42,845 nucleotides of DNA, taken from contig JAGRAW010000001.1 in assembly GCA_020434415.1 (NCBI GenBank), positions 1 through 42,845 of the forward strand, given 5' to 3'. Below are positions 16,365-25,459 of the stretch, one piece after another (positions within the stretch are counted from its first letter, which is position 1; every line of letters starts with the position of its first letter). This DNA is from Bdellovibrionales bacterium. GTDB lineage: Bacteria; Bdellovibrionota_C; UBA2361; SZUA-149. A program made the position numbers and the translations under genes. Below the pieces are notes generated by a model. That model was not told the DNA's origin. It searched no databases and was given only the letters and a program-made list of their open reading frames with translations.

Positions 16365-18159
16365 TCCAAGCGACCACAGAGTTCGAGTCACGTGGGAACA
16401 GCTCGACGATGCCGTTTTGATCAGGCCCGGTGTAGCGTCCCAGATCGATAAGCTGCAGGCCGTCGATATCGAAATGCTCCTTTGCCAAGATGGTGCCGTC
16501 CGGTCGTCGGATGTGCATCAGGACTTGCTGGCGCACCGGGCTCATTGCCACTAGCCACGATGACTGGCCGAGAAACGTGTTGTAGGAGCCGCGAAGTGTT
16601 TTGCCGGTCGTTTCCTTGGCCGGTATCGAATAGAGATATTGCATGCCGCCGTCAGGGCGTCGTCCGTAGTGCACTGCGTAGGCCGCGAGGCTGCCCGGTG
16701 TGTCGGAGCGGAGAACCACGAATCCCGCGCTGTTGACGCCGATTACGGGATCGATCAGGACGTGAGAGACGGAATGCGGGTTCAGGGCTACGTCTCGACT
16801 CTCTTCACTGCCGCCTACGATTTGCATTGAAACATTGATCGGCCTGTCGCCGGTGTTCATGACCTCAATCACGGCGTTTCGTCCGATTGTATCGACGGGG
16901 ACGTACAGTTCCTCGCCCGAACCGTGCGCACCTTGGAATTGGGTTGCCGCGTCGAACGAGGGGAACCCGGTCGGATTGTCATGTAGATACCGGGAGAGAT
17001 GTAAGCTGCTTCTTAGTAGACCGTTTGCCGGGATCCATTGTGCCGTACCGAGTCGCCCTGCGCCGAGACCGTGGAGCGGCAGATGCAACTGTCCCATGGC
17101 GGGCAGCTCAATCGGATGTTCGACCAGCAGTCCCCCGTGCTCATCGAAGAAGCGGAGGGTGCCTACTTGCGCGCGCGTTTCGGCGTTCGACAGGTGGAGC
17201 CAGTTTGCTGCGATGTTCCCGGCTTCCCAGGGCAGAAGGCTGGGGTTGAAAGTGTTATACGGCACGCTCTGAGCGCCATACCGACCGCTCGACATCGAGC
17301 TTGCGTAGGCGAATTGAAAGAGTCGGGGCTTGAGCGGATTTATCTCGGGCAGATAGTGGATGATCCGACCGGCCAATGTACCGGGAGCGCCGTCGTGCGC
17401 CGAGCAGACCTGGCCCTGCCCGTAGGTACCCGGTGCGTTCCATTCGTGCACGAGGTGGTCAAGCTGTGAAGCTGCCGGTAGCTCTACTTCGCTCGAACGC
17501 AAAGCGGCGCCGTTCACGTCGGTCATGACTGAGCTGACCGTGAGCTCGCTCGAGCCGAGGTTGCTCTGCTCCAACACATTCCAGATGCCGCCGAAAGCCG
17601 AGTTCCAAAGCGCGCACCCTCCGGTGGGAATTTCATCGACCATACTGCCGGGATCCAGCGGGTTGGTGCCCAACTCGATCTCCGCACCGTCGAGCACACC
17701 ATCTTTATCCGTATCGCCACGGTCTTTCGATGTTCCGTAGTAATCTTCTGCGAGATCGCTCAATCCGTCGCCATCTCGGTCGGGATCCGGCACCCCATCC
17801 GAGTTGAAATCGACTGCTCGCGAATAGCGGGACCTCGTGAACACGCTTCGCTCGCTGCCAAACCGACTTTCGTTTCCGGATTCGTCGTAGGCGGTGATGT
17901 TGAAGAAGTAGGTCCGGGCAAATCCCAACCGATTGACTCGGTAGAAGGTGCGGTTACCGACATCAACTGAAAAACTGTAGTCACCTTTCGCGATGCCGAA
18001 ATAAATCCGATAGCCGGCAATGTCGCGGGCAGCACTGCCGTCCTCGCTTCGGGCCGGAGCTTCCCACGTGAGATCGACCTCGGCCCCGATCGCGGCAGCG
18101 GTTGCCGGAAGTGCCAGTAGAAGACAAAGAAGTAGCGATACTCTGAACAGCATGAACAT
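16315..18159 (-). CDS. Secreted FN3 + thrombospondin-type-3 (calcium-binding) repeat protein with a 4x repeated C-terminal domain of unknown function
   Basis: Signal peptide MFMLFRVSLLLCLLLALPATAAA. FN3 pattern: VDLTWEAP...IAGYRIYFG...YFFNITAYDESGNES. TSP3-like Asp-rich loops: DFNSDGVPDPDRDGDGLSD and DTDKDGVLDGAEIELGTNPLDP. About four repeats of roughly 100 aa follow. Confidence 0.75.
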   Translation of the reverse strand: MFMLFRVSLLLCLLLALPATAAAIGAEVDLTWEAPARSEDGSAARDIAGYRIYFGIAKGDYSFSVDVGNRTFYRVNRLGFARTYFFNITAYDESGNESRFGSERSVFTRSRYSRAVDFNSDGVPDPDRDGDGLSDLAEDYYGTSKDRGDTDKDGVLDGAEIELGTNPLDPGSMVDEIPTGGCALWNSAFGGIWNVLEQSNLGSSELTVSSVMTDVNGAALRSSEVELPAASQLDHLVHEWNAPGTYGQGQVCSAHDGAPGTLAGRIIHYLPEINPLKPRLFQFAYASSMSSGRYGAQSVPYNTFNPSLLPWEAGNIAANWLHLSNAETRAQVGTLRFFDEHGGLLVEHPIELPAMGQLHLPLHGLGAGRLGTAQWIPANGLLRSSLHLSRYLHDNPTGFPSFDAATQFQGAHGSGEELYVPVDTIGRNAVIEVMNTGDRPINVSMQIVGGSEESRDVALNPHSVSHVLIDPVIGVNSAGFVVLRSDTPGSLAAYAVHYGRRPDGGMQYLYSIPAKETTGKTLRGSYNTFLGQSSWLVAMSPVRQQVLMHIRRPDGTILAKEHFDIDGLQLIDLGRYTGPDQNGIVELFPRDSNSVVAWINRVKPFEYVVPTEMR

Positions 18160-18622
18160 GAACTTCCTGATTGTTCGGCTGCTACGAGACCCTTGAACCC
18201 GTAGTCACCGGTTTTCGACACACACCTGCCGTAGGCGTCACCAAATGGTGGCGCTTTCGGCTGCTCGAACCGAAACCAACAACGTTTGTGTGCGATATGC
18301 TCCGCGCGGTCTGTTGGTCTCAGACCGCTTGAGATGAAAAGAGACCCTTGTTTGGGTTCTGCTCTTTGTTGGAAAACCGCTTCCCCGAGGCGCTTTTTGC
18401 AGTGAGGGAAACTCGGTTATGACCAACCGGCTTTTAAACAACAGCGAGCGGAACCAGGTTTTTTGGTGCCCGATACGGTCGAAGCTGTGACCGCGATCGT
18501 TCAACCTGCATGAACATGCGCCACGGTACCCAAGACCTTGCGCGTCGACAAGCAAAAAACGACAAGTACCTGTAAATGAGGGTGCAGCACTGAAGCTTGA
18601 TTTTATTCAACCTTCTTTGGGC

Positions 18623-19291
18623 TTATCGGGCGCCAAACCCGGAGAGGATGACCCATAGCGTGCGAACGGCAATCCGCAGATCGAGCGCCAAGGAACGCTG
18701 ATCAATATAGGCTAGATCAAGGAGTAGCTTCTCACGGTAGCTCTCGGCGCTGTCGGCGTAGCCGCTGGTAACCTGAGCTAAGCCACTCAAACCGGCCTTC
18801 ACCTCGAGGCGGCGTTTCATCAGCGGGAGTTCATGCTCGAGCTGGGCGGCAATCTCCGGTCGTTCCGGACGCGGGCCGATGAGACTCATATCGCCGAGAA
18901 TCACGTTGAGCAGTTGAGGAAGCTCATCCAGACGGGTCCGTCGAAGGAGGCGACCGAGGCGAGTGATGCGAGGGTCGTTTTCAGAGCACATGACCGCGCC
19001 CGTGCCGCTTTCGGCGGTGAGCGTCATGGTGCGGAATTTGTACATCGTAAAGAGTCGCCCCCCTACGGTCAGTCTTCGCTGGGAATATACTGCGGGTCCG
19101 CGAGAGGTGCAGCGGATAGCCAGTGCGATTAGCGCCATCAGCGGAAGAAGCGCGGCGATAAGCCCCAGTGAAACGGAAATGTCGAGGGTGCGCTTTAACC
19201 CATCACTGATGCGGCCGTCGTGCTCGTCCAGCGCGACCAATGGTCGGGACGCCTCAAGCGCTAGTTCCGATAAAGAGAATTGCTTCAACAT
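18623..19291 (-). CDS. Small initiating phosphoglycosyl transferase (bacterial sugar transferase, PglC/WbaP-C-terminal type)
   Basis: KRTLDISVSLGLIAALLPLMALIALAI is the re-entrant helix. Also present: YKFRTM, DPRITRLGRLLRRTRLDELPQL and LIGPRPERPE. Confidence 0.9.
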   Translation of the reverse strand: MLKQFSLSELALEASRPLVALDEHDGRISDGLKRTLDISVSLGLIAALLPLMALIALAIRCTSRGPAVYSQRRLTVGGRLFTMYKFRTMTLTAESGTGAVMCSENDPRITRLGRLLRRTRLDELPQLLNVILGDMSLIGPRPERPEIAAQLEHELPLMKRRLEVKAGLSGLAQVTSGYADSAESYREKLLLDLAYIDQRSLALDLRIAVRTLWVILSGFGAR

Positions 19292-19366
19292 CAGCCCCTG
19301 CCATCAAAAATCCCACAATATAGTCAGGTTATTGAGCGAAGCTGCTTCACCAGAGCGTCGGTGATG

Positions 19367-20542
19367 TTATGTAGCTGATCTTCTTATCTTTTCTGCTGCG
19401 TGGGTGATGGCTGAGGCGGCTCCTTCAACGTCGGCTTCGGTGGTAAACCGTCCGATACCGATGCGGATGCTCTGGCGCTGTTGAGCCGGAGGCAGTCCAA
19501 GAGCTGTCAGCACGTGAGAGGCATGGGGGGTGGCGGATTGGCAAGCCGAGCTTGCTGATAATGCGACGGTCGTTCCCAGGGCGCCCAAGAGTCGGCTGCT
19601 GTCGACCCCCGGAATGACGATGTTGAGGTTCCCGGGCAAGCGTTCCTTGCCCGGGCCGTTCAGAGGGAGAGGTCCTAGGGATTGTTCGAGGCGTGTCAGG
19701 AGAGCGTGGGCAAGCTGCGTCATCTGATGTGCGTCACTATGTAAGGACTGCGCGGCGATCTCGCAGGCCATACCGAATCCTACGATTCCGGGCGTGTTCA
19801 GTGTGCCGGAGCGATACCCTCGTTCATGGCCTCCTCCTTCGAGGAGGGGTGCGAGCACCTGTTGGCGCGTACTCTCTCTGACGAAGAGTGCGCCGATGCC
19901 TTTGGGACCGTAGAGCTTGTGTGCCGAGCACGAGAGGAAGTCGACGCCCAAGGTTGTGACGTCAATCTGGAGCTTTCCAAGCGCCTGTGTGGCATCGCAG
20001 TGGATCAGGGCGCCGTGGCGGCGGGCAAGGGCGGCGATAGCGGGAACGTCGTGGAGCACCCCGATTTCGTTGTTGGCCAGAAGAACCGATACCAGGTAGG
20101 CGCCTTGTTGCAGCGCGTGCTCCAGAGACTTCATCTCCAGCGTGCCGTCTCGTTGCACGGGAAGCTCGGTGATTTTCCAGCCGCGTGTTCCGAGCGTTCG
20201 TAAGGGGTCGAGCGTTGCGCGATGTTCGGTTGTGACCGTGATGAGCTGCTTGGGTGCCGAACTTGGAGCGGCTGCAACCGCACCCTTCAGCGCGAGGTTG
20301 CATGATTCCGTAGCGCCGCTCGTGAAGATGATCTCTTCCGGTCGCGCCCTGATAAGGTTCGCGACTCGCTCTCGTGCGATGGTCACCAGTTCCGCGGCAT
20401 ACCAACCCCAAGCGTGAGTGGCGCTGGCCGGATTGCCGAAGTGCTCGCTGAAGACGGGAAGCATTGCATCGAGCACACGAGGGTCAAGGGGGGTGGTGGC
20501 GTTGTTGTCGAGGTAGATGGTCGTTCGACGCGTATGGCTCAT
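19367..20542 (-). CDS. Cysteine desulfurase (NifS/IscS family, PLP-dependent)
   Basis: [15 protein letters not shown] at the N-terminus. [16 protein letters not shown] holds the PLP lysine. LSASSACQS is the active-site Cys loop. I chose ATG 20542, which overlaps the nadA stop (ATGA at 20539-20542). The 441-aa track ORF is an overextension. Confidence 0.9.
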   Translation of the reverse strand: MSHTRRTTIYLDNNATTPLDPRVLDAMLPVFSEHFGNPASATHAWGWYAAELVTIARERVANLIRARPEEIIFTSGATESCNLALKGAVAAAPSSAPKQLITVTTEHRATLDPLRTLGTRGWKITELPVQRDGTLEMKSLEHALQQGAYLVSVLLANNEIGVLHDVPAIAALARRHGALIHCDATQALGKLQIDVTTLGVDFLSCSAHKLYGPKGIGALFVRESTRQQVLAPLLEGGGHERGYRSGTLNTPGIVGFGMACEIAAQSLHSDAHQMTQLAHALLTRLEQSLGPLPLNGPGKERLPGNLNIVIPGVDSSRLLGALGTTVALSASSACQSATPHASHVLTALGLPPAQQRQSIRIGIGRFTTEADVEGAASAITHAAEKIRRSAT

Positions 20543-21516
20543 TTGCTCAACTCGAGCATCCGCTCCAGTGGAAGAAGAGCTTTGGCAATGACTTCCGGGG
20601 CCAACTCGACCGCCGGTTCTTCGTGCAGCAAGCACTGATAAATCTTCTGTAGCGTGTTCAGCCGCATGTAGGGGCATTCTGCGCAGTTGCAACTTTCGTT
20701 GTTGGGTGCCGCGATGAACTGCTTCTCAGGGCAAGCTTTCTGCATTTGGTGGATGATGCCGGATTCGGTAACGACGATGAACTTCCGGGCGCCGGACGTC
20801 TTCGCGAATGATAACAACGAGCTCGTCGAGCCGACGTGATCTGCAAGGTCAAGCACCGCGGTTGGGCATTCAGGGTGGGCAATCACGAGTGCATCCGGAT
20901 GCCGAGCCTTGAGCCGGACGATGTTTCTCGCATCGAAGCTCTCGTGGACCATGCAGGCACCTTCCCACAATACCATGTCACGACCGGTCACTCGCATCAG
21001 GTAACGGCCGAGGTGTTGGTCGGGAGCAAAAAGTATCGGTCGATCGGTAGGAATGGAGTGAATGATTTTCACCGCGTTCGAAGAGGTGCAGAGGATATCG
21101 CTCAGCCCTTTCACTTCGGCGCTACAGTTCACATAAGTCACGACCGTGTGGTCGGGATACCGGGCGATGAAGCGCTGAAACTCGTCCGCCGGGCAGTTAT
21201 CCGCGAGCGAGCAGCCGGCAGCCAGGTCCGGCACGAGCACCGTCTTTTCCGGATTGAGGATCTTCGCCGTTTCTCCCATGAAGAGGACGCCTGCGAGCAC
21301 GATGATATCCGCATCCGTCTTTGCACCTTCCTGAGCGAGGCCAAGGCTGTCGCCGATGTAGTCGGCAATGTCCTGAATGGCAGACTCCTGGTAGTAGTGC
21401 GCCATGATGACGGCGTTCTTTTCGCGCTTTAGTCGGGCGATCGCCTCGACCACATCGCTCGGCTGAGCAGTGCCGAGAGGCTGAGCGCCGGTTTCGAAGG
21501 TTTGGGTCGGGTCCAT
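20539..21516 (-). CDS. nadA: Quinolinate synthase A
   Basis: Contains [35 protein letters not shown], and the conserved Cys-containing segments expected for the 4Fe-4S site. Confidence 0.93.
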   Translation of the reverse strand: MDPTQTFETGAQPLGTAQPSDVVEAIARLKREKNAVIMAHYYQESAIQDIADYIGDSLGLAQEGAKTDADIIVLAGVLFMGETAKILNPEKTVLVPDLAAGCSLADNCPADEFQRFIARYPDHTVVTYVNCSAEVKGLSDILCTSSNAVKIIHSIPTDRPILFAPDQHLGRYLMRVTGRDMVLWEGACMVHESFDARNIVRLKARHPDALVIAHPECPTAVLDLADHVGSTSSLLSFAKTSGARKFIVVTESGIIHQMQKACPEKQFIAAPNNESCNCAECPYMRLNTLQKIYQCLLHEEPAVELAPEVIAKALLPLERMLELSK

Positions 21517-21624
21517 CGCAGTCAGAAGTGCCTCGGAGTAGAATCTGCGCTATTGTCGCGTCTTTTTTGTAAGGTAAGCAGGGGCTTGCCAAATGTCAAT
21601 GTTCGGCCTGTGAGGCGCCAGTGT

Positions 21625-24033
21625 ATGTCATCACGATCGTTACGCAGGCAGAGTAGTTCAGCAAGGCAAGAGGAGAACTCTCTTGAAGACGCACTGTCGT
21701 CGTGGTCAATTTCCTCGGAGATGAACTCTAACCGTTCCGGCATGTATCGACTCTGGTCTCGCCTTCGGCCGCGGCGCCGCGGCGTCGTGGTTGTCCTGTC
21801 TGTCCTGCTCTTGTTCCTGGCCTTGCTGTTCAGGCTACCCGCACTACGCGACGACGGGCCCCAGGCGGATGAGATTCATTGGAAGTCACGTAGTGCCCAA
21901 ACGCTTGCCTTGCTCAAGCAGGGCGACTTCGCCAGCTTCACCAAGCACCTGACGCATCCCGGCGTCCCTCCGGCGATTGTCATGGGCGTGGGGCAGTTCC
22001 TTGCAAACCGCTACAACAGAGCAAACGATCTAGAACTCGGTGACCCCGGGTTTGCCGACAGGCTGGTCGGCGCACGTGCAGCGAACGCCTTCGTCTCGGC
22101 ATTTGCCGCGCCTGCAGTTTTTCTATTGTTTCTCGTCCCGCTCGGGACGACACCGGCCCTGCTTGCGGGACTGCTCTTGGCCTTGGACCCGCACCACATC
22201 GGTCTGTCACGACAGGCGCATCTTGACTCGATTCTTACGCTTTGTGTCTTGTTGACTGTCGGCACATACGTCCACGCGGTACGCTTGCGACGATTGTCGC
22301 TCAAGCTGCTTGCAGGCTTCTTCTGGGGACTCGCTATTTTGACGAAGCCGACCGCGTTGGCTGTGCTTCCGGCTCTTGCGGCGTACAAACTTGTTCGAGT
22401 GCTTTTGGTCTCGAAAGATACCGACAAGGGCGAGCGGACTATCGTTAGCCTGTCCGACGTGTTTGCGGCGCTCGTCGGACAAGCGACGTTTGTGTTGCTG
22501 TACAATCGGATGTGGTATCACGACAGCGATTATCGCATTCGTCTGGGAATAAAGAGTAAGCTCGCTGATGGTGTCTATGCCGTCGGATCCTTTCTACAAG
22601 CTACGCCGCTTGTTCCTCTCGCACTGTTGGCTGGACTGGGTATTGCCACCTATGCGCTCCGCCGCAAAGGAAAGGCGCTCGCAGTGCTGCTTCCGGTTAG
22701 CGCCCTTCTCGCGTCAATCGTTCTAGCGCTGACCCTGGTGCCGCAGGTGTTGGAGAATATCATCCGGTTTTGGTTGTGGGTTGTCGGCTTGTCGCGGGAG
22801 AAGCACGTTGGCTACGGCATTACGTGGCCCGCTCCCGAAGGCGGGTATCTGGAACTCTACCTGAACGAGCTGCCGCTGCTTTGTCTGGCGGGGGTGGTGC
22901 TGGCGACCATATTTTGCCTCTGGGATCTCAGGTCGATTCGAGGTCTGCGAACACGAGAGAGAATGGCCCTGGTGGTGTATCTGCCGGTCTTTGTTGTGTT
23001 GTGGACCTTCCCTCTAAGCATTTCGGACAAGCAGACGATTCGCTACGTGATGCCGGCGGTTCCGATGGTGTACCTCCTCTCCGGCTTCGGCTTTGTCCGT
23101 CTGCTGAAGTCGTTGTTGCAGCGTGTCAGCGAGCAGCGAGGACTGGTGACCGCGCCACCACGAGCCTTTGTCGCTTACGCTGCTTGTTTGGTGGGCTTTC
23201 AGGGATACCTCGATGCAAAGTGGGCGCCCGATTTCAATCTCTTCTACAATCAACTGAGTGATGGGCTGCAAGGTGCAGTTGAGCGAGGGACCGGTTTATC
23301 CCTTGCGGGCACCGCGGATGTGGTCAACTTTCTCGCAGCCAAGGAGCCGTTCGCCAAGGGACAGCCGCTGCTTGTGATGACTGCAGGAGATCCTCAGGTA
23401 CTGCAGTATCAGGCGCGCCGAGTGGGGCTGCCAACGAGTAAGGTTAGGTTTATCGGTGTGCAACCGCTCCATAGCGCGGACTACCTTGTCAGTTTTCCGC
23501 AGTTTCGTAAGCACATGCTTGCTGAGGAAAGCCTTGAGCTGACGAAACAGCAGCCTGTGTTTTCTTATGAACGTGAGGGGGCGTCTTTGGTCACGGTGCA
23601 TCAGATTCCCGTGCCTCGGTATAACGGCGACTTTCATGTGAAGGCGCGACGGACGCGTCGCCAGGTAGGCAGGTCAGACGCATTTGTCGAGGATGCCGTC
23701 AGTGTGTTGCCCGGTCGAGATGCGCGGGGCTATATGCTGTTCGCTCTGAACCCGCCACTACCGCCCGATGCTTACCGGGCGAAGTTCCAATTGCAACTTC
23801 CCTCCACGGCCTCGCTCGGTGGGCTCCAGCCGGAGCGGTATGCGGTTCGTCTGGATTTTGGAAGGTGTGAGAGAGTTGTCACGCTCGGGGAGCTTTCCGG
23901 AGAACCCGCGTCGTTCGACGTCTCGTGTGACTTCCAAGACAATGTGCGGCCGCAGCTTCGAATCTACTGGTTCGGTAACGTGCCGACGACTTTTCTTGCC
24001 GTTGATATCGAACGTGTCGAGGACGAGCCATGA
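21625..24033 (+). CDS. GT-C fold glycosyltransferase (ArnT / PMT_2, GT39/GT83-like) with a C-terminal soluble domain of about 330 aa
   Basis: The first extracytoplasmic loop has DDGPQADEIHW (the Asp/Glu motif of GT-C enzymes) followed by THPGVPPAIVMG (HPPL-like). More than 10 TM segments. The start is uncertain: ATG 21625 has GAGG 9 nt upstream, and ATG 21721 or 21742 are alternatives. The track start, TTG 21502, overlaps nadA. Confidence 0.7.
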   Translation: MSSRSLRRQSSSARQEENSLEDALSSWSISSEMNSNRSGMYRLWSRLRPRRRGVVVVLSVLLLFLALLFRLPALRDDGPQADEIHWKSRSAQTLALLKQGDFASFTKHLTHPGVPPAIVMGVGQFLANRYNRANDLELGDPGFADRLVGARAANAFVSAFAAPAVFLLFLVPLGTTPALLAGLLLALDPHHIGLSRQAHLDSILTLCVLLTVGTYVHAVRLRRLSLKLLAGFFWGLAILTKPTALAVLPALAAYKLVRVLLVSKDTDKGERTIVSLSDVFAALVGQATFVLLYNRMWYHDSDYRIRLGIKSKLADGVYAVGSFLQATPLVPLALLAGLGIATYALRRKGKALAVLLPVSALLASIVLALTLVPQVLENIIRFWLWVVGLSREKHVGYGITWPAPEGGYLELYLNELPLLCLAGVVLATIFCLWDLRSIRGLRTRERMALVVYLPVFVVLWTFPLSISDKQTIRYVMPAVPMVYLLSGFGFVRLLKSLLQRVSEQRGLVTAPPRAFVAYAACLVGFQGYLDAKWAPDFNLFYNQLSDGLQGAVERGTGLSLAGTADVVNFLAAKEPFAKGQPLLVMTAGDPQVLQYQARRVGLPTSKVRFIGVQPLHSADYLVSFPQFRKHMLAEESLELTKQQPVFSYEREGASLVTVHQIPVPRYNGDFHVKARRTRRQVGRSDAFVEDAVSVLPGRDARGYMLFALNPPLPPDAYRAKFQLQLPSTASLGGLQPERYAVRLDFGRCERVVTLGELSGEPASFDVSCDFQDNVRPQLRIYWFGNVPTTFLAVDIERVEDEP

Positions 24034-24539
24034 GATGGCGAACTTACCTGTTCAGTTCGATCCTCACCGTTTTCCAGCTTTGCATCGTCTTGTCCGCAAC
24101 GGCACAGGATGAAGACGCAGACTCGCTCGCGAATTGCAGTCACTACAAGTCCAAACGTGCCGGTGTGCCGGTATATGAACAACCGGCGACGACGAGCAAG
24201 GTGCTCGCCAAGCTCGAACTTGGGGAGCTCGTTTGTTACGTCGGAGAGCAGGAGGCTTTTGCGATCATCGACTGGCGTAAGCAAGATGAGCTCAACCAAA
24301 GAGAGAAGCAGCCTCGGCCCGAGGAGCCGGAGCTGGCGTTTGTGCGGTTGGTTGATCTCTGGGACGGTCAGCGCTCCAATGCGCCGAGGAGCTATCTTGA
24401 GGAGTTGCGGCAGTTTTTTCACTATATCCGCTATGGCGGCGTTCCGGATGATATCTGGGCGCCCTTCCGAGGAATTTTCGGGGGAGGGGAGCCGCAGTGC
24501 CGGGCGGGAAAGATTTGTGAGGAAATCGAAGACCGCTGA
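24030..24539 (+). CDS. Secreted SH3b-like domain protein
   Basis: Its start overlaps the stop of the GT-C gene (ATGA at 24030-24033), with GAGGA upstream. Signal peptide MRWRTYLFSSILTVFQLCIVLSATA. VPVYEQPATTSKVLAKLELGELVCYVGEQEAFAIIDW resembles the bacterial SH3 pattern. Confidence 0.55.
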   Translation: MRWRTYLFSSILTVFQLCIVLSATAQDEDADSLANCSHYKSKRAGVPVYEQPATTSKVLAKLELGELVCYVGEQEAFAIIDWRKQDELNQREKQPRPEEPELAFVRLVDLWDGQRSNAPRSYLEELRQFFHYIRYGGVPDDIWAPFRGIFGGGEPQCRAGKICEEIEDR

Positions 24540-24837
24540 CCGGTTACCGCTGTTGCAAACCGCGGTGGCGCACCACCTCATACTCGAACGATTTCCGCAA
24601 AGAACTAGTAGGGTGCCTTGATTTTGTGGCTGCAAAAAGGTATCTTTTTGGGCCTCGGAGTGAATTCTCTGGGCTCAAATCGCTCCTTTTATCCTGTCCA
24701 CTTCTTGGATTTTCACTCTGCTAAGGCAGCTCCGTTAAAATCGTTTGCTCGGATCGAGCGGTTTCGACGCTGTTGTCACCCCTCCAACTTCCTACGGCTC
24801 ATGTGAGTCGTTATCCTTTTAATCCCAAGAGGTTTTT

Positions 24838-25320
24838 ATGAGAAAGCGAGAGATTATCCGCCAGTTAAGGGCTGATCAGAGCGCGGTCGATGCAAAAATC
24901 TGTGCCGAAATCATCAAACGCGACTGGTCCTCAGGCTTTACCCTGAGCGAATTGAAAATTGTGCTGGACGCCATCTGTCCGGTTTCCCGAGGCGATTTGG
25001 CCGACGAGCGAGTCTTCTTAGCGCTCAATGCCGCGGCTCGAATTGTATATTGTACGCTTCATTATTCCTCCCGTGGGATGGAACCCAAAAACGAGCTCGC
25101 GATCCGCGAGCACGTGAATGCGACCCTGACGATCCTCCAAAGACTAAAGTCGGAAGAGGATGAACAGAGTGATCACTGGAAACAGGTATGGCAACAGATC
25201 CAAGACGGAATGTCTGAGGTCATGCGAAATCAGCACAAGGCGAATGTCGCAAACTGGGATCTCTATGCAGCAATCGATGCCGCGGGATACCTGGATGAGT
25301 ACGGTCGGTTTCGCAAGTAG
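24838..25320 (+). CDS. Hypothetical protein (orphan, lower GC)
   Basis: Good RBS, AAGAGG 7 nt upstream of the ATG. A hand-counted 60-nt line is 50% GC, against about 60% in neighbouring genes. No recognisable motif. It is followed by a perfect 15-bp hairpin. Confidence 0.5.
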   Translation: MRKREIIRQLRADQSAVDAKICAEIIKRDWSSGFTLSELKIVLDAICPVSRGDLADERVFLALNAAARIVYCTLHYSSRGMEPKNELAIREHVNATLTILQRLKSEEDEQSDHWKQVWQQIQDGMSEVMRNQHKANVANWDLYAAIDAAGYLDEYGRFRK

Positions 25321-25338
25321 CTTACTCAGTTTTTGTTG

Positions 25339-25375
25339 AAACACAGTAGGAGAGCTCATTTCTCCTACTGTGTTT
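25339..25375 (+). terminator. Perfect 15-bp stem hairpin (AAACACAGTAGGAGA / TCTCCTACTGTGTTT, 7-nt loop) with no U-tract
   Basis: Read directly from the sequence, 19 nt after the stop of the 24838..25320 gene. It lies between that gene and the convergent IS66 remnant. The lack of a T-run on either side lowers confidence that it is an intrinsic terminator. Confidence 0.3.
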
Positions 25376-25459
25376 GGGCGCGAACGTTTTAAGGAAGAAT
25401 CGAGGAAGGTGATGGCAGCTTTAGTGTTACTATTGAGAACATGCGGCAAGACTCTCGGA

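Noticed and set aside
18306-18328. Hairpin GCGGTCTG-N7-CAGACCGC in the 460-bp spacer between the sugar transferase and the FN3-protein genes, and the 105-aa ORF 18238..18555
   Set aside because: The hairpin has an 8-bp stem and no U-tract on either strand, which is insufficient to call a terminator or RNA gene. The ORF has no RBS or motif and an odd composition.
20543-20692. 50-aa N-terminal extension of the cysteine desulfurase ORF
   Set aside because: It lies entirely inside nadA. The conserved desulfurase N-terminus starts at the ATG that forms the ATGA overlap with the nadA stop.
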